In this document: piece after piece, positions 10,411 through 19,145 of the stretch
How positions within the stretch are numbered: position 1 is the stretch's first letter
How the letters are laid out: the number at the start of each line of letters is the position of its first letter
From: Rikenellaceae bacterium
Lineage (GTDB): Bacteria > Bacteroidota > Bacteroidia > Bacteroidales > Rikenellaceae
NCBI GenBank assembly: GCA_015060165.1
Contig: SUZC01000006.1
Span: 49,744 to 113,743 of the forward strand
Direction: 5' to 3'
Length of the DNA stretch: 64,000 bases
Position numbers and translations under genes: made by a program
Notes under the pieces: model-generated
Seen by the model: the letters and a program-made list of their open reading frames with translations, nothing else
The model's database searches: none
What the model was told of the DNA's origin: nothing

Positions 10411-10460
10411 AAAAGCAAGGTGCTGCCCAACTCTTAGTTGCGGCAGCACCTTGCTTTTTT
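10411..10460. terminator. Bidirectional intrinsic terminator between convergent pfkA and GT2 gene
   Basis: 17-bp stem aaaagcaaggtgctgcc / ggcagcaccttgctttt flanked by A-run and T-run. Confidence 0.8.
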
Positions 10461-10480
10461 ACGATATAGAAAATAGACTG

Positions 10481-11389
10481 TTATATATTTTTATCGAACA
10501 ATCCCTTTGTGATTTGATATCGCATTATCAAGATATACTCACCTTTGAACCACTGCAAGGTAATACCATACCACGCTGCGATGGCCATAGTAAAAATCCA
10601 CTTGAAGACCTCTACAAAACGAACCCGCTTGACTCTGTGGTAATACTTTGCTCGGCGCAACTTGCTAACTCCCACGTTATAGCTCAACTTTACAAAGTAG
10701 TCGAGAGTGAGTTTCTCGGCCGGAATTACGTGATACATAATGGCCTCTGGAGCATAGTAATATTTGGCTTCGGCAATACGCAAGCGCTCAAAGAAATCGC
10801 TCTCCTCGCCGCCCAACAATAACTTTCCCGTTCTACCGAGTGAAGTATCAAACACTCCATAACGCTTGATGGCACTGCGACGAATAGCCATATTTCCACC
10901 GCCAGGGATACGTCCATCGGGGAATTCACGCACCTTATGGCCCCAGAACATCGCATTGGCAATCATACGCTCGGTGTAGTGCGACATCCAAAGCGGACGG
11001 CCATCGGGATACTCCGCGACGATAGGGCCTCCCGCAGCCACCGCATCGGGGACAGAGTCAAAAAGCGAGATATAAGCGCCGATGAAACTCTTTGCAATAT
11101 GCTCATCGTCGTCGATAATGGCGATATATTCGCCTACACTCTCTCTAATACCGCGATTACGGGCAAATGACAAGCCTTGATTAGGCTCAAAAACCATACG
11201 GATATTAAACTCGGGGTGCGCCGCAGCAAACTCCGCAAAACGCTCTTCGGTATCATCCGTCGAATTGTTATTCACAACCACACACTCCCACTCCTCACAT
11301 GGAGCATTCTGCTTGACAACCGATTGCAAGGTCTGCATAAGGTATGCCGAGCGGTTATAAGTGGCAATTATTAGCGATAGTCTTACCAT
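10481..11389 (-). CDS. Glycosyltransferase family 2 protein
   Basis: MVRLSLIIATYNR...VVNNNSTDDT...IAIIDDDE motifs; the track ORF (to 11836) is an artefactual 5' extension running antisense into nhaC. Confidence 0.85.
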   Translation of the reverse strand: MVRLSLIIATYNRSAYLMQTLQSVVKQNAPCEEWECVVVNNNSTDDTEERFAEFAAAHPEFNIRMVFEPNQGLSFARNRGIRESVGEYIAIIDDDEHIAKSFIGAYISLFDSVPDAVAAGGPIVAEYPDGRPLWMSHYTERMIANAMFWGHKVREFPDGRIPGGGNMAIRRSAIKRYGVFDTSLGRTGKLLLGGEESDFFERLRIAEAKYYYAPEAIMYHVIPAEKLTLDYFVKLSYNVGVSKLRRAKYYHRVKRVRFVEVFKWIFTMAIAAWYGITLQWFKGEYILIMRYQITKGLFDKNI

Positions 11390-11409
11390 AAAAATACGCG
11401 TATATATTG

Positions 11410-11417
11410 CAAATATA
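11410..11417 (-). promoter_or_regulatory. Bacteroides-type -7 box (TATATTTG) for GT2 gene
   Basis: TAnnTTTG 21 nt upstream of ATG 11389. Confidence 0.45.
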
Positions 11418-11493
11418 CGAAAAACAAGCCATATATCACACATTTTGTAGCTTTCTTTTTCAATATTTTCTATATGGATTGTTATGTTTTGCG

Positions 11494-11501
11494 TATCTTT
11501 G
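11494..11501 (+). promoter_or_regulatory. Bacteroides-type -7 box (TATCTTTG) for nhaC-like gene
   Basis: TAnnTTTG 19 nt upstream of ATG 11520. Confidence 0.45.
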
Positions 11502-11519
11502 CCTGCAAATTGGTAAATT

Positions 11520-12974
11520 ATGGATAGAAATTCGAACATTAAGAGCCCATCGGCACTCGTTTCGCTCATTCCGCTTGCGGTGTTGGTGATATTCCTGGCT
11601 CTCTCGATAAAACTATTCGGTGGCGATGCTATTGCAGGTGGCAGCCAGCTCTCGCTACTGGCAGCATCGGCTGTTTGCTCGGCAATGGCAATGGGTATAT
11701 ACCACCGTAAATGGTCGGTACTGGAGGACGCTATTGTGGAGAATATGCGAAATGCGACGCCAGCGATAATAATACTGCTGATGATTGGAATGATAGCTGG
11801 AACGTGGATGGCTAGCGGAATCATCCCTTCGCTCATCTACTACGGTTTGAAGATTCTGCACCCATCGATTTTCCTGCCCGCCTCGTGTGTGATATGTGCC
11901 ATCGTATCGCTTCTGACTGGTTCATCGTGGACAACGATTGCCACAATCGGAGTGGCACTGATGGGAATTGGTCGTGCGCAAGGTTTTGAAGATGGATGGA
12001 TTGCAGGTGCTATAATCTCGGGAGCATATTTTGGCGATAAAGTTTCAATTATGAGCGATACCACAGTCTTGGCCTCTTCGACAGCCGAGGTACCGCTTTT
12101 TAAGCATATTAAATATATGATGTTTACAACCACCCCATCGCTCATAATTGCCTTGACTGTATTTACGATAGCAGGCCTTACTGCAACCACTTCGGCATCT
12201 ATCAATACTGGTGAAATAGAGACGGCTCTGCTGAATGCATTCAACATCTCGCCCTGGCTTTTGGTGGTACCCATCCTCACTGGAGCACTCATATCGAGAA
12301 AGCTCCCGGCAATCATAACCCTTTTCGCTTCGGCAACAATGGCTGCTATAGCGATGATAATTGCTCAGCCTGAAATAATTCCTCAAATTGCAGGCGAAGG
12401 CCTTAATCCCGCGATGGCTGCATTTAAGGCTGTGGTTATAAGTTCGACCACCGACTGCTCGATACTGACAGGAAATACTCTACTCGATGATTTGGTTGCC
12501 ACGAGCGGTATGGGCGGTATGATGGATACAATATGGTTGATCACCTGCGCAATGTGTTTCGGTGGAGTGATGTATGGCAGTGGCATGCTCTCAGCCATAT
12601 CACAGATATTCCTGCGAATCGCACGTCGAACAGTAAGTGTAGTCGGCTCGACCGTAACATCTGGTCTGTTCTTCAACCTCACCACGGGTGACCAATATAT
12701 CTCAATTATCCTCACTTGCAACCTTTTCCGTCAGCTATACGACGACCGAGATTTGGAACGTCGCCTGCTGAGCCGAAGCGTAGAGGATTCTGCTACGGTG
12801 ACATCAGTACTTATCCCCTGGAACTCGTGCGGAATGGCTCAATCCACAGTTTTGGGAGTTGCGACTCTGACATATCTACCCTACTGTATATTCAACATTT
12901 TGAGCCCCATAATGTCGGTTGTTGTGGCAGCCATAGGATACAAGATTTACAAACGTTCAAAGAATGAAGAATAA
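11520..12974 (+). CDS. Na+/H+ antiporter NhaC-family membrane protein
   Basis: 484-aa polytopic membrane ORF; family assignment from recalled overall similarity. Confidence 0.65.
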   Translation: MDRNSNIKSPSALVSLIPLAVLVIFLALSIKLFGGDAIAGGSQLSLLAASAVCSAMAMGIYHRKWSVLEDAIVENMRNATPAIIILLMIGMIAGTWMASGIIPSLIYYGLKILHPSIFLPASCVICAIVSLLTGSSWTTIATIGVALMGIGRAQGFEDGWIAGAIISGAYFGDKVSIMSDTTVLASSTAEVPLFKHIKYMMFTTTPSLIIALTVFTIAGLTATTSASINTGEIETALLNAFNISPWLLVVPILTGALISRKLPAIITLFASATMAAIAMIIAQPEIIPQIAGEGLNPAMAAFKAVVISSTTDCSILTGNTLLDDLVATSGMGGMMDTIWLITCAMCFGGVMYGSGMLSAISQIFLRIARRTVSVVGSTVTSGLFFNLTTGDQYISIILTCNLFRQLYDDRDLERRLLSRSVEDSATVTSVLIPWNSCGMAQSTVLGVATLTYLPYCIFNILSPIMSVVVAAIGYKIYKRSKNEE

Positions 12975-13623
12975 ACTTATCATATTTGACCTCGACGGCA
13001 CATTGCTCAACACAATCGGTGATCTGGCTATCGGTTGCGACCATATGCTTGAAATGAGAGGATTGCCAGGCCACAGTTTCGAGGAGTATTGCTCGTTTGT
13101 GGGCAATGGAATAATGCGTTTGGTAGAGAGAGCCCTACCAGAGGAGCTTCGCACACCTGAATACGTGAAGGCAGCTCGCAAAGATTTCGTGGATTACTAC
13201 ATTGAGCATATCGACCTTAAGAGCCACCCATACAAAGGCATAGAGGAATTGGTCGCGGAATTACAAGACCGAGGAGCAAAATTGGCCGTAGCATCAAATA
13301 AGTTTCAGGCTGGAACAGAGAAACTGATTCGAAAATTCTTCCCTGCGATTGACTTTGTGGAGATATGTGGTAATAGAGAAGGAGTCCCGCTAAAGCCAGA
13401 TACAGCATTGGTGGATATGATAATCGAGAAGGCTGGAGTAGAACGCAACCGAACAATAATGGTTGGCGATTCGGCAGTCGACATCACAACGGCCAAAAAT
13501 GCGGGGATTCATTCGGTTGGTGTTAGTTGGGGATTCCGCTCTCGTGCAGAGCTCGAAGAGGCTGGCGCAGAACATATAGTAGACTCTACGGATGAGTTAT
13601 TAAAAGTATTGGAAGAGATATAA
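12964..13623 (+). CDS. HAD-superfamily hydrolase (phosphoglycolate-phosphatase-like)
   Basis: Motif I FDLDGTLLNT, motif II ASNK, motif IV VGDSAVDI; overlaps nhaC-like gene by 11 nt. Confidence 0.85.
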   Translation: MKNKLIIFDLDGTLLNTIGDLAIGCDHMLEMRGLPGHSFEEYCSFVGNGIMRLVERALPEELRTPEYVKAARKDFVDYYIEHIDLKSHPYKGIEELVAELQDRGAKLAVASNKFQAGTEKLIRKFFPAIDFVEICGNREGVPLKPDTALVDMIIEKAGVERNRTIMVGDSAVDITTAKNAGIHSVGVSWGFRSRAELEEAGAEHIVDSTDELLKVLEEI

Positions 13624-13646
13624 AACTCTTCCAATACTTTTTTTTT
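13602..13646. terminator. Bidirectional intrinsic terminator (stem includes HAD stop codon)
   Basis: 16-bp stem aaaagtattggaagag / ctcttccaatactttt followed by T-run. Confidence 0.75.
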
Positions 13647-13677
13647 ACTTCCGGCAATAGCAAAATACTGTATGGTA

Positions 13678-14817
13678 TTACGAACAATACATCTCGACAT
13701 CCTGCAGAGTGATGCTCTCGCCACTGAGTATCATCAGACGCTCTACCACATTGCGCAACTCTCGAATATTCCCCGACCAAGGCATTGCTGACAAGGCAGC
13801 CATAGCCTGATTGTCAACCGATTTTACTTCAATATTATGTTCGTGCGCTATTTTCGATATGAAGTGATGAACAAGTTCTGAGATATCACCAGCACGCTCA
13901 CGCAGAGGGGGTACTTTGATTACTATCACACTCAATCGATGATACAAATCCTCTCGGAAATTACCCTTGGCAATCTCGGCTTTTATATCTTTATTGGTCG
14001 CTGCCACAACTCGCACATCAACTACCACATCCTTGTCGCTTCCCACACGGCTTATCTTGCTCTCCTGTAAGGCTCGCAACACCTTTGCCTGCGCAGAAAG
14101 CGACATATCGCCAATCTCGTCCATAAAAAGCGTTCCGCCATTGGCCTGTTCGAACTTACCTTTGCGCTGCTTTATAGCCGAAGTAAAGGCTCCGCGTTCG
14201 TGACCAAATAACTCGCTCTCGATAAGCTCCGAGGGGATAGCTGCGCAGTTTACCTCGACAAAAGGGCCCGCGGCACGATTGCTTTTATCGTGCAACCAAC
14301 GAGCAACAAGTTCCTTTCCCGTCCCATTCTCTCCCATGATAAGCACGCGAGCATCGGACTTGGCAACTTTATCTATCAAATCCCGCACTTGAGTTATGGC
14401 CTGCGACGAGCCAACAATAGGTTCACTTCCACATTGAGTCTTACGACGTGGACGAGATGCCACCGCGGTAGGCTCTTCTGGTTGATCCCGATCTCGATTC
14501 ACGATACGTCGCAATGATCCAAGCAGACGATTCATATCGACCGGAGCAGTGAGATAATCCTCAGCACCACTTTTGACCGCCATAACTGCACCATCGATAG
14601 AGCCCGAATTGGTCACAATTATAAAAGGTACTCCAAGTTGCGAGACACATTCATAATCGCCACCTGCGAGAATAGCATCGTAACCACGTCGCTCGCAAAC
14701 ACTCTGTGAAACATCACCTTTTTCAGCTACCGTAGTAGCAAATCCCTCGAATTCCAATCGCTCACGCAAAATATTTCGCATACTTTTTGATTGTTCGAGA
14801 ATTAAAACCTTCGCCAT
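13678..14817 (-). CDS. Sigma-54-interaction AAA+ protein with atypical receiver domain and no HTH
   Basis: Walker A GENGTGKE, Walker B LFMDEI, GAFTSA loop, FREDLYHRL; start set at ATG 14817 (MAKVLILEQ); ORF ends right after the AAA+ domain. Confidence 0.85.
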   Translation of the reverse strand: MAKVLILEQSKSMRNILRERLEFEGFATTVAEKGDVSQSVCERRGYDAILAGGDYECVSQLGVPFIIVTNSGSIDGAVMAVKSGAEDYLTAPVDMNRLLGSLRRIVNRDRDQPEEPTAVASRPRRKTQCGSEPIVGSSQAITQVRDLIDKVAKSDARVLIMGENGTGKELVARWLHDKSNRAAGPFVEVNCAAIPSELIESELFGHERGAFTSAIKQRKGKFEQANGGTLFMDEIGDMSLSAQAKVLRALQESKISRVGSDKDVVVDVRVVAATNKDIKAEIAKGNFREDLYHRLSVIVIKVPPLRERAGDISELVHHFISKIAHEHNIEVKSVDNQAMAALSAMPWSGNIRELRNVVERLMILSGESITLQDVEMYCS

Positions 14818-15032
14818 ATTTTGATTTTTGAGATTTTTACATTTACTTTGCAGTATCAAAGGTAGTCTCTTTATTTGACGATTCCAATCCTTGCCGTAAC
14901 TGGCCAAATCCTGATAAAAGGCTATCTCATAATCATTAAACGATTCATTAACAGCAACCACAAAGAACAAAAATCAAGCCTCAAATTTTACACTTTTGGC
15001 GAGGTTGAATTAACAGAATCGACATTTATTAT

Positions 15033-15755
15033 ATGAAAAAAAATTACAACTACACTCGTCGAAAACTCTATCTGCCAGAGTACGGACGCCACATTCACGA
15101 GATGGTGGATCAATTAATGACCATCGAGGATAGAGAGGAGCGCAATCGCCAGGCTCGTGCCGTAATCGCCGTTATGGGAAATCTGCAACCACTTCTGCGC
15201 GACACTGCCGACTTCACTCACAAGCTATGGGATCACCTCTTTATAATGTCTGATTTTCAATTAGATGTAGATTCCCCATATGCTCGCCCGTCACGACAGG
15301 ACCTAACAGTAACACCTCGCAAAATGCAATACTCTCAGGAGCGTATAGCATTTAAGCACTACGGTAAGTATGTGGCACGAATGTTCCGTAAGCTCAGTAC
15401 TGAACCAGATAAAGAGGCTCGCGATAGCGCAGTCGATTCACTGGCCCGTTATATGCGTAGCAAGAGCTTCGAGTACAACCAGGAGCATCCCAACAACGAA
15501 GTTATCATAAAAGATATAAAACAGATGTCTGAGAATGGCATCGAATTGGATGAAGTTGCTTTGAATAACCTCCGAAGTGACTACAAACAACACCTTTCAG
15601 CACGTCCCGCCAAGGCGCCGCAACGCCTACAAATCAGGGTTGGACAAAAAAACACACAGCAGAAAGGGCAATACCCCGCAAGTAAAGGTCGTCCAATGGT
15701 AAGAACTCAAAAAAACAACAACGATACTCCGACAAGATACAATTCGCAGAAGTAA
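15033..15755 (+). CDS. DUF4290 domain-containing protein
   Basis: LPEYGRHIHEMVD...EDREERNRQA...HKLWDHLFIMSDF matches recalled DUF4290 signature; basic low-complexity tail. Confidence 0.75.
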   Translation: MKKNYNYTRRKLYLPEYGRHIHEMVDQLMTIEDREERNRQARAVIAVMGNLQPLLRDTADFTHKLWDHLFIMSDFQLDVDSPYARPSRQDLTVTPRKMQYSQERIAFKHYGKYVARMFRKLSTEPDKEARDSAVDSLARYMRSKSFEYNQEHPNNEVIIKDIKQMSENGIELDEVALNNLRSDYKQHLSARPAKAPQRLQIRVGQKNTQQKGQYPASKGRPMVRTQKNNNDTPTRYNSQK

Positions 15756-15814
15756 TTTTGCGTTATATTGAAAAAAATGTTATTTTTGTATTTTGTTTGA
15801 AACTTATATCAAGA

Positions 15815-16945
15815 ATGAATAGAGTAATCTTCACAGCCATCGCGCTGCTTATGGCACTCAGTTCGTGCCAATCACCCAAGGTTACGGTATCGGGCCGTTT
15901 TGTAGGCTCTGATGCCGATATGGTATATTTGGAGTACGCCTCAGTTTTGGAGCAATCAATAATAGACTCTGTAAAATTGGGCGAGGAGGGCAACTTCACT
16001 CTCAATATCGAGAATGCGACATCGACACCTTCACTCTACTACGTCATCTACAACAACGAGAGAATTCCACTCTTGCTTATGCAGGGTGACGATGTAAAGA
16101 TAAATGCAGTCGGCAATGTAGCTCGCAACTACAAAGTCGAGGGCTCGGAGGAGTCTGAGCTATTGCAAGAGTTCCACCAAGAGTATATCGGCGGAGTGAT
16201 GAAGTTGCGCAGTATTATCTCGAAGATTGCCGACAGCAGCCTGAGCGATGAGCAGCATAAATCACTTGCAGAAGAGTATACAAAGAGTTATCTAGATATC
16301 AAGCGCAAACAGATGAACTTCATCGTGAGCCACAAGGAGAATATTGCAGCTGTATATGCGCTCCATCAGCGTTTACCCAACGACTCATATCTGTTTAATG
16401 GCGATAGCGATGTGGTTTACTATCGTACGGTTGCCGAGGCTATTGAGGGCAAATACCCCGAGAGCCACTACCTCCCAATCCTGCGCAGCCAGATTGCACG
16501 TATGACTGCTCAGTCGAGTCTTCTCTCGCAAGCTACACAGGTAAATTTCCCTGAGATTAAGATGCCGAATATGTATGGTCAGGAGATTGCTCTTTCGTCA
16601 CTCAGTGGCAAGGTGATATTGCTCCACTTCTGGTCGGCAGCAGTTGGCAACGGCAACACTATCAATGCTGATTTGAAAGATATCTACAACAAATACAAAG
16701 AGCAGGGATTTGAGATTTATCAGGTAGCGATCGATACTTCGAAGTCGACTTGGATCAATGCAATTCAGGAGCAGCAGTTGCCTTGGATTTCTGTTAGCGA
16801 TATGAAGGGCCAGGCATCGACAGCACTTGGTGAGTACAACGTTCAGCGTCTGCCTGCAAACTTCCTCATCGACCGCGAAGGCAATATTGTAGCCAAAGAT
16901 ATCACAGGCGAAAAGTTAGAGGACGCAATCAAAAAACACATCTAA
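15815..16945 (+). CDS. TlpA-like thioredoxin-fold lipoprotein (DUF4369 N-domain) lacking CxxC
   Basis: Lipobox LSSC; C-terminal thioredoxin-fold pattern VILLHFWSAAVGNGN where WxxWCxxC is expected; start set at ATG 15815. Confidence 0.7.
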   Translation: MNRVIFTAIALLMALSSCQSPKVTVSGRFVGSDADMVYLEYASVLEQSIIDSVKLGEEGNFTLNIENATSTPSLYYVIYNNERIPLLLMQGDDVKINAVGNVARNYKVEGSEESELLQEFHQEYIGGVMKLRSIISKIADSSLSDEQHKSLAEEYTKSYLDIKRKQMNFIVSHKENIAAVYALHQRLPNDSYLFNGDSDVVYYRTVAEAIEGKYPESHYLPILRSQIARMTAQSSLLSQATQVNFPEIKMPNMYGQEIALSSLSGKVILLHFWSAAVGNGNTINADLKDIYNKYKEQGFEIYQVAIDTSKSTWINAIQEQQLPWISVSDMKGQASTALGEYNVQRLPANFLIDREGNIVAKDITGEKLEDAIKKHI

Positions 16946-16950
16946 ACAGA

Positions 16951-17694
16951 ATGTACTATTTCGCCTCGGACGTTCATCTCGGTACAGGCGACGAGCGTAC
17001 GTCTCGTCGCACAGAGCAACTTTTTGTTAAGTGGCTCGACAAGGTGAGCGCCGATGCTGATGCAATTTTTTTAGTGGGTGACATTTTTGACTTTTGGTTT
17101 GAGTATGAAAATGTTATTCCCAAAGGATTTTCACGCACGTTAGGCAAGCTATCGGAACTGACCGACCGAGGAATAAAAATCTACTTCTTCATAGGCAACC
17201 ACGATATGTGGTGCAGAGACTATCTACAAAAGGAGTGTGGCGTTGAGATAGTATTCTCACCCCGACGGATGACACTATCGGGTAAAGAGATTTTTATTGC
17301 CCATGGCGATAATATGAATATCAAGGATAAACCGATGCTCCGCTTGATGAACAGCGGTTTCCGCTCGACTATTCTAAGAAAGCTCTTCTCGTGGTTGGTA
17401 CACCCCGACTTGGCACTCCGATTTGGAAAGTGGTGGAGCAACACATCGCGAAAATCGCACTCAAAAGATAAAATTACTCCTTCATCGCTCAATTTCTTGA
17501 TTGACTATGCCCGCGATTACAAGGAGAAGAATCCAGAAACTGATTATATTCTATTTGGACATATGCACTATGCTCACGATTACTATGACAATGGTCTGAG
17601 AGTACTATTTATGAGTGATTGGGAGCGAGAAGCACCAGTATATGCACAACTCGACAAAGAGGGTAATTTTTCACTTAAACAATTCGACCTATGA
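16951..17694 (+). CDS. lpxH: UDP-2,3-diacylglucosamine diphosphatase
   Basis: Metallophosphoesterase motifs SDVHLG, VGDIFD, GNHD, GHMH in LpxH-sized 247-aa protein. Confidence 0.85.
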   Translation: MYYFASDVHLGTGDERTSRRTEQLFVKWLDKVSADADAIFLVGDIFDFWFEYENVIPKGFSRTLGKLSELTDRGIKIYFFIGNHDMWCRDYLQKECGVEIVFSPRRMTLSGKEIFIAHGDNMNIKDKPMLRLMNSGFRSTILRKLFSWLVHPDLALRFGKWWSNTSRKSHSKDKITPSSLNFLIDYARDYKEKNPETDYILFGHMHYAHDYYDNGLRVLFMSDWEREAPVYAQLDKEGNFSLKQFDL

Positions 17695-18590
17695 AACAAT
17701 ATCTCGACCTGCTCCGCCGCATTAAAAATGAAGGCATAGTTAAGAGTGACCGCACAGGCACCGGAACACGTAGCGTTTTTGGCCACCAGATGCGTTTCGA
17801 TTTGGCCGAAGGATTTCCCTTGCTTACAACAAAAAAAGTGTTTTTGAAGGGCATCATCCACGAGTTACTATGGTTTCTAGCAGGCGACACAAACATCAAA
17901 TACCTGGTAGACAACGGGGTGCACATTTGGGATAACGATGCATATCGTTACTATGGCGAATTGTGCGCAGCAAATAACGTAGAGCCTATTTCGAAGGAGG
18001 ACTTCCTCGTGGCTGCAAGCCAGCAGACACCATCTCCTATCGAAGGTTATGCATATGGAGATTTAAATCACGTCTACGGCTATCAATGGCGCAGCTGGCC
18101 AAAGGATAATGGCGAGGCAATAGATCAGATTAAGCAGGTAATCGATACAATCAAACGCAATCCCGACTCACGACGAATGATTGTTTCTGCCTGGAATGTT
18201 GCCGAGGTGGAGGATATGGCATTGCCTCCTTGCCACGTATTATTCCAATTCTATGTAGCCAACGGCAAACTTTCGTGCCAGCTTTATCAGCGTAGTGCCG
18301 ACACATTTTTGGGAGTTCCGTTCAACATCGCTTCGTATGCTCTGCTTACGATGATGATTGCACAAGAGTGCGGCCTGCAACCAGGAGAGTTCGTACACAC
18401 TCTTGGCGATACTCACCTATACCTCAACCATATGGAGCAGGTTGACGAGCAACTATCACGCACACCTCGCAAGTTGCCAACAATGCGCATAAACCCTGAT
18501 GTTAAATCGGTGTTTGACTTCCGATATGATGATTTTTCGCTCGAAGGTTACGACCCCTACCCCGCTATCAAAGCGCCAATGTCGTTCTAA
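17691..18590 (+). CDS. thyA: Thymidylate synthase (long form with small-domain insertion)
   Basis: [31 protein letters not shown] motifs; ATGA overlap with lpxH. Confidence 0.95.
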   Translation: MKQYLDLLRRIKNEGIVKSDRTGTGTRSVFGHQMRFDLAEGFPLLTTKKVFLKGIIHELLWFLAGDTNIKYLVDNGVHIWDNDAYRYYGELCAANNVEPISKEDFLVAASQQTPSPIEGYAYGDLNHVYGYQWRSWPKDNGEAIDQIKQVIDTIKRNPDSRRMIVSAWNVAEVEDMALPPCHVLFQFYVANGKLSCQLYQRSADTFLGVPFNIASYALLTMMIAQECGLQPGEFVHTLGDTHLYLNHMEQVDEQLSRTPRKLPTMRINPDVKSVFDFRYDDFSLEGYDPYPAIKAPMSF

Positions 18591-18632
18591 GCCACTGAGA
18601 AACAATTCGTTCAATCAGCAAATAGCAAAAAT

Positions 18633-19112
18633 ATGATAAGCATCATAGTAGCCGTCGCTCAAAACGGAGTAATCGGCGATAAGAATTCACTTCTCTGGCA
18701 TATATCTGAGGATATGCGCTTTTTCAAACGTACCACATCGGGACATCCCGTAATTATGGGACGCAAGACCTATGAGTCACTAGGTCGTCCACTGCCCAAT
18801 CGCACAAATGTAGTAATCAGCCGTACTCAATCGGAGATTGAGGGCTGCACAGTCGTAAATTCGTTGGAGCAAGCGATTGCTATTTTTCCCAACGAGGAGG
18901 AGGTATTTGTGATAGGTGGAGCGCAGATTTATGCTTTGGCACTCGACGTAGCCGATAGAATCTATTTGACACGCGTAGAGCACGACTACGAAGGCGACAC
19001 ATCGTTCCCCGCTTGGAACAGCGAGCAGTGGCAACTTATATCACGAGAAGCTCACGAATGCGGCGAGAAATACCCTCATCCATTTGCATTTGAGATTTAC
19101 GAAAGAAAATAA
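18633..19112 (+). CDS. folA: Dihydrofolate reductase
   Basis: 159 aa; IVAVAQNGVIG, LLWHISEDMRFFKRTT, GRKTYES, VIGGAQIY motifs. Confidence 0.95.
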   Translation: MISIIVAVAQNGVIGDKNSLLWHISEDMRFFKRTTSGHPVIMGRKTYESLGRPLPNRTNVVISRTQSEIEGCTVVNSLEQAIAIFPNEEEVFVIGGAQIYALALDVADRIYLTRVEHDYEGDTSFPAWNSEQWQLISREAHECGEKYPHPFAFEIYERK

Positions 19113-19145
19113 TATCACATACAAATCTATTAAACTACTAAAATA

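Noticed and set aside
9790-10449. 219-aa minus-strand ORF inside pfkA (and similar antisense or alternate-frame ORFs, e.g. 1726..2067, 7411..7899, 31993..32523, 33965..34414, 58692..59123)
   Set aside because: They lie wholly within well-supported genes on the other strand or frame, have no motifs, and have odd composition (Cys/Arg/His-rich). They are typical shadow ORFs.
11390-11836. 5' extension of the GT2 ORF (the track gives 10481..11836, 451 aa)
   Set aside because: The extra 149 codons run antisense through the nhaC-like start and its promoter. The recognisable GT2 fold begins at MVRLSLIIATYNR (ATG 11389), which has its own TATATTTG box.
17937-18066. About 40-aa insertion in ThyA relative to the 264-aa E. 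coli enzyme
   Set aside because: Long-form thymidylate synthases with an insertion in the small domain are well known (Lactobacillus casei type). It is not a novelty.
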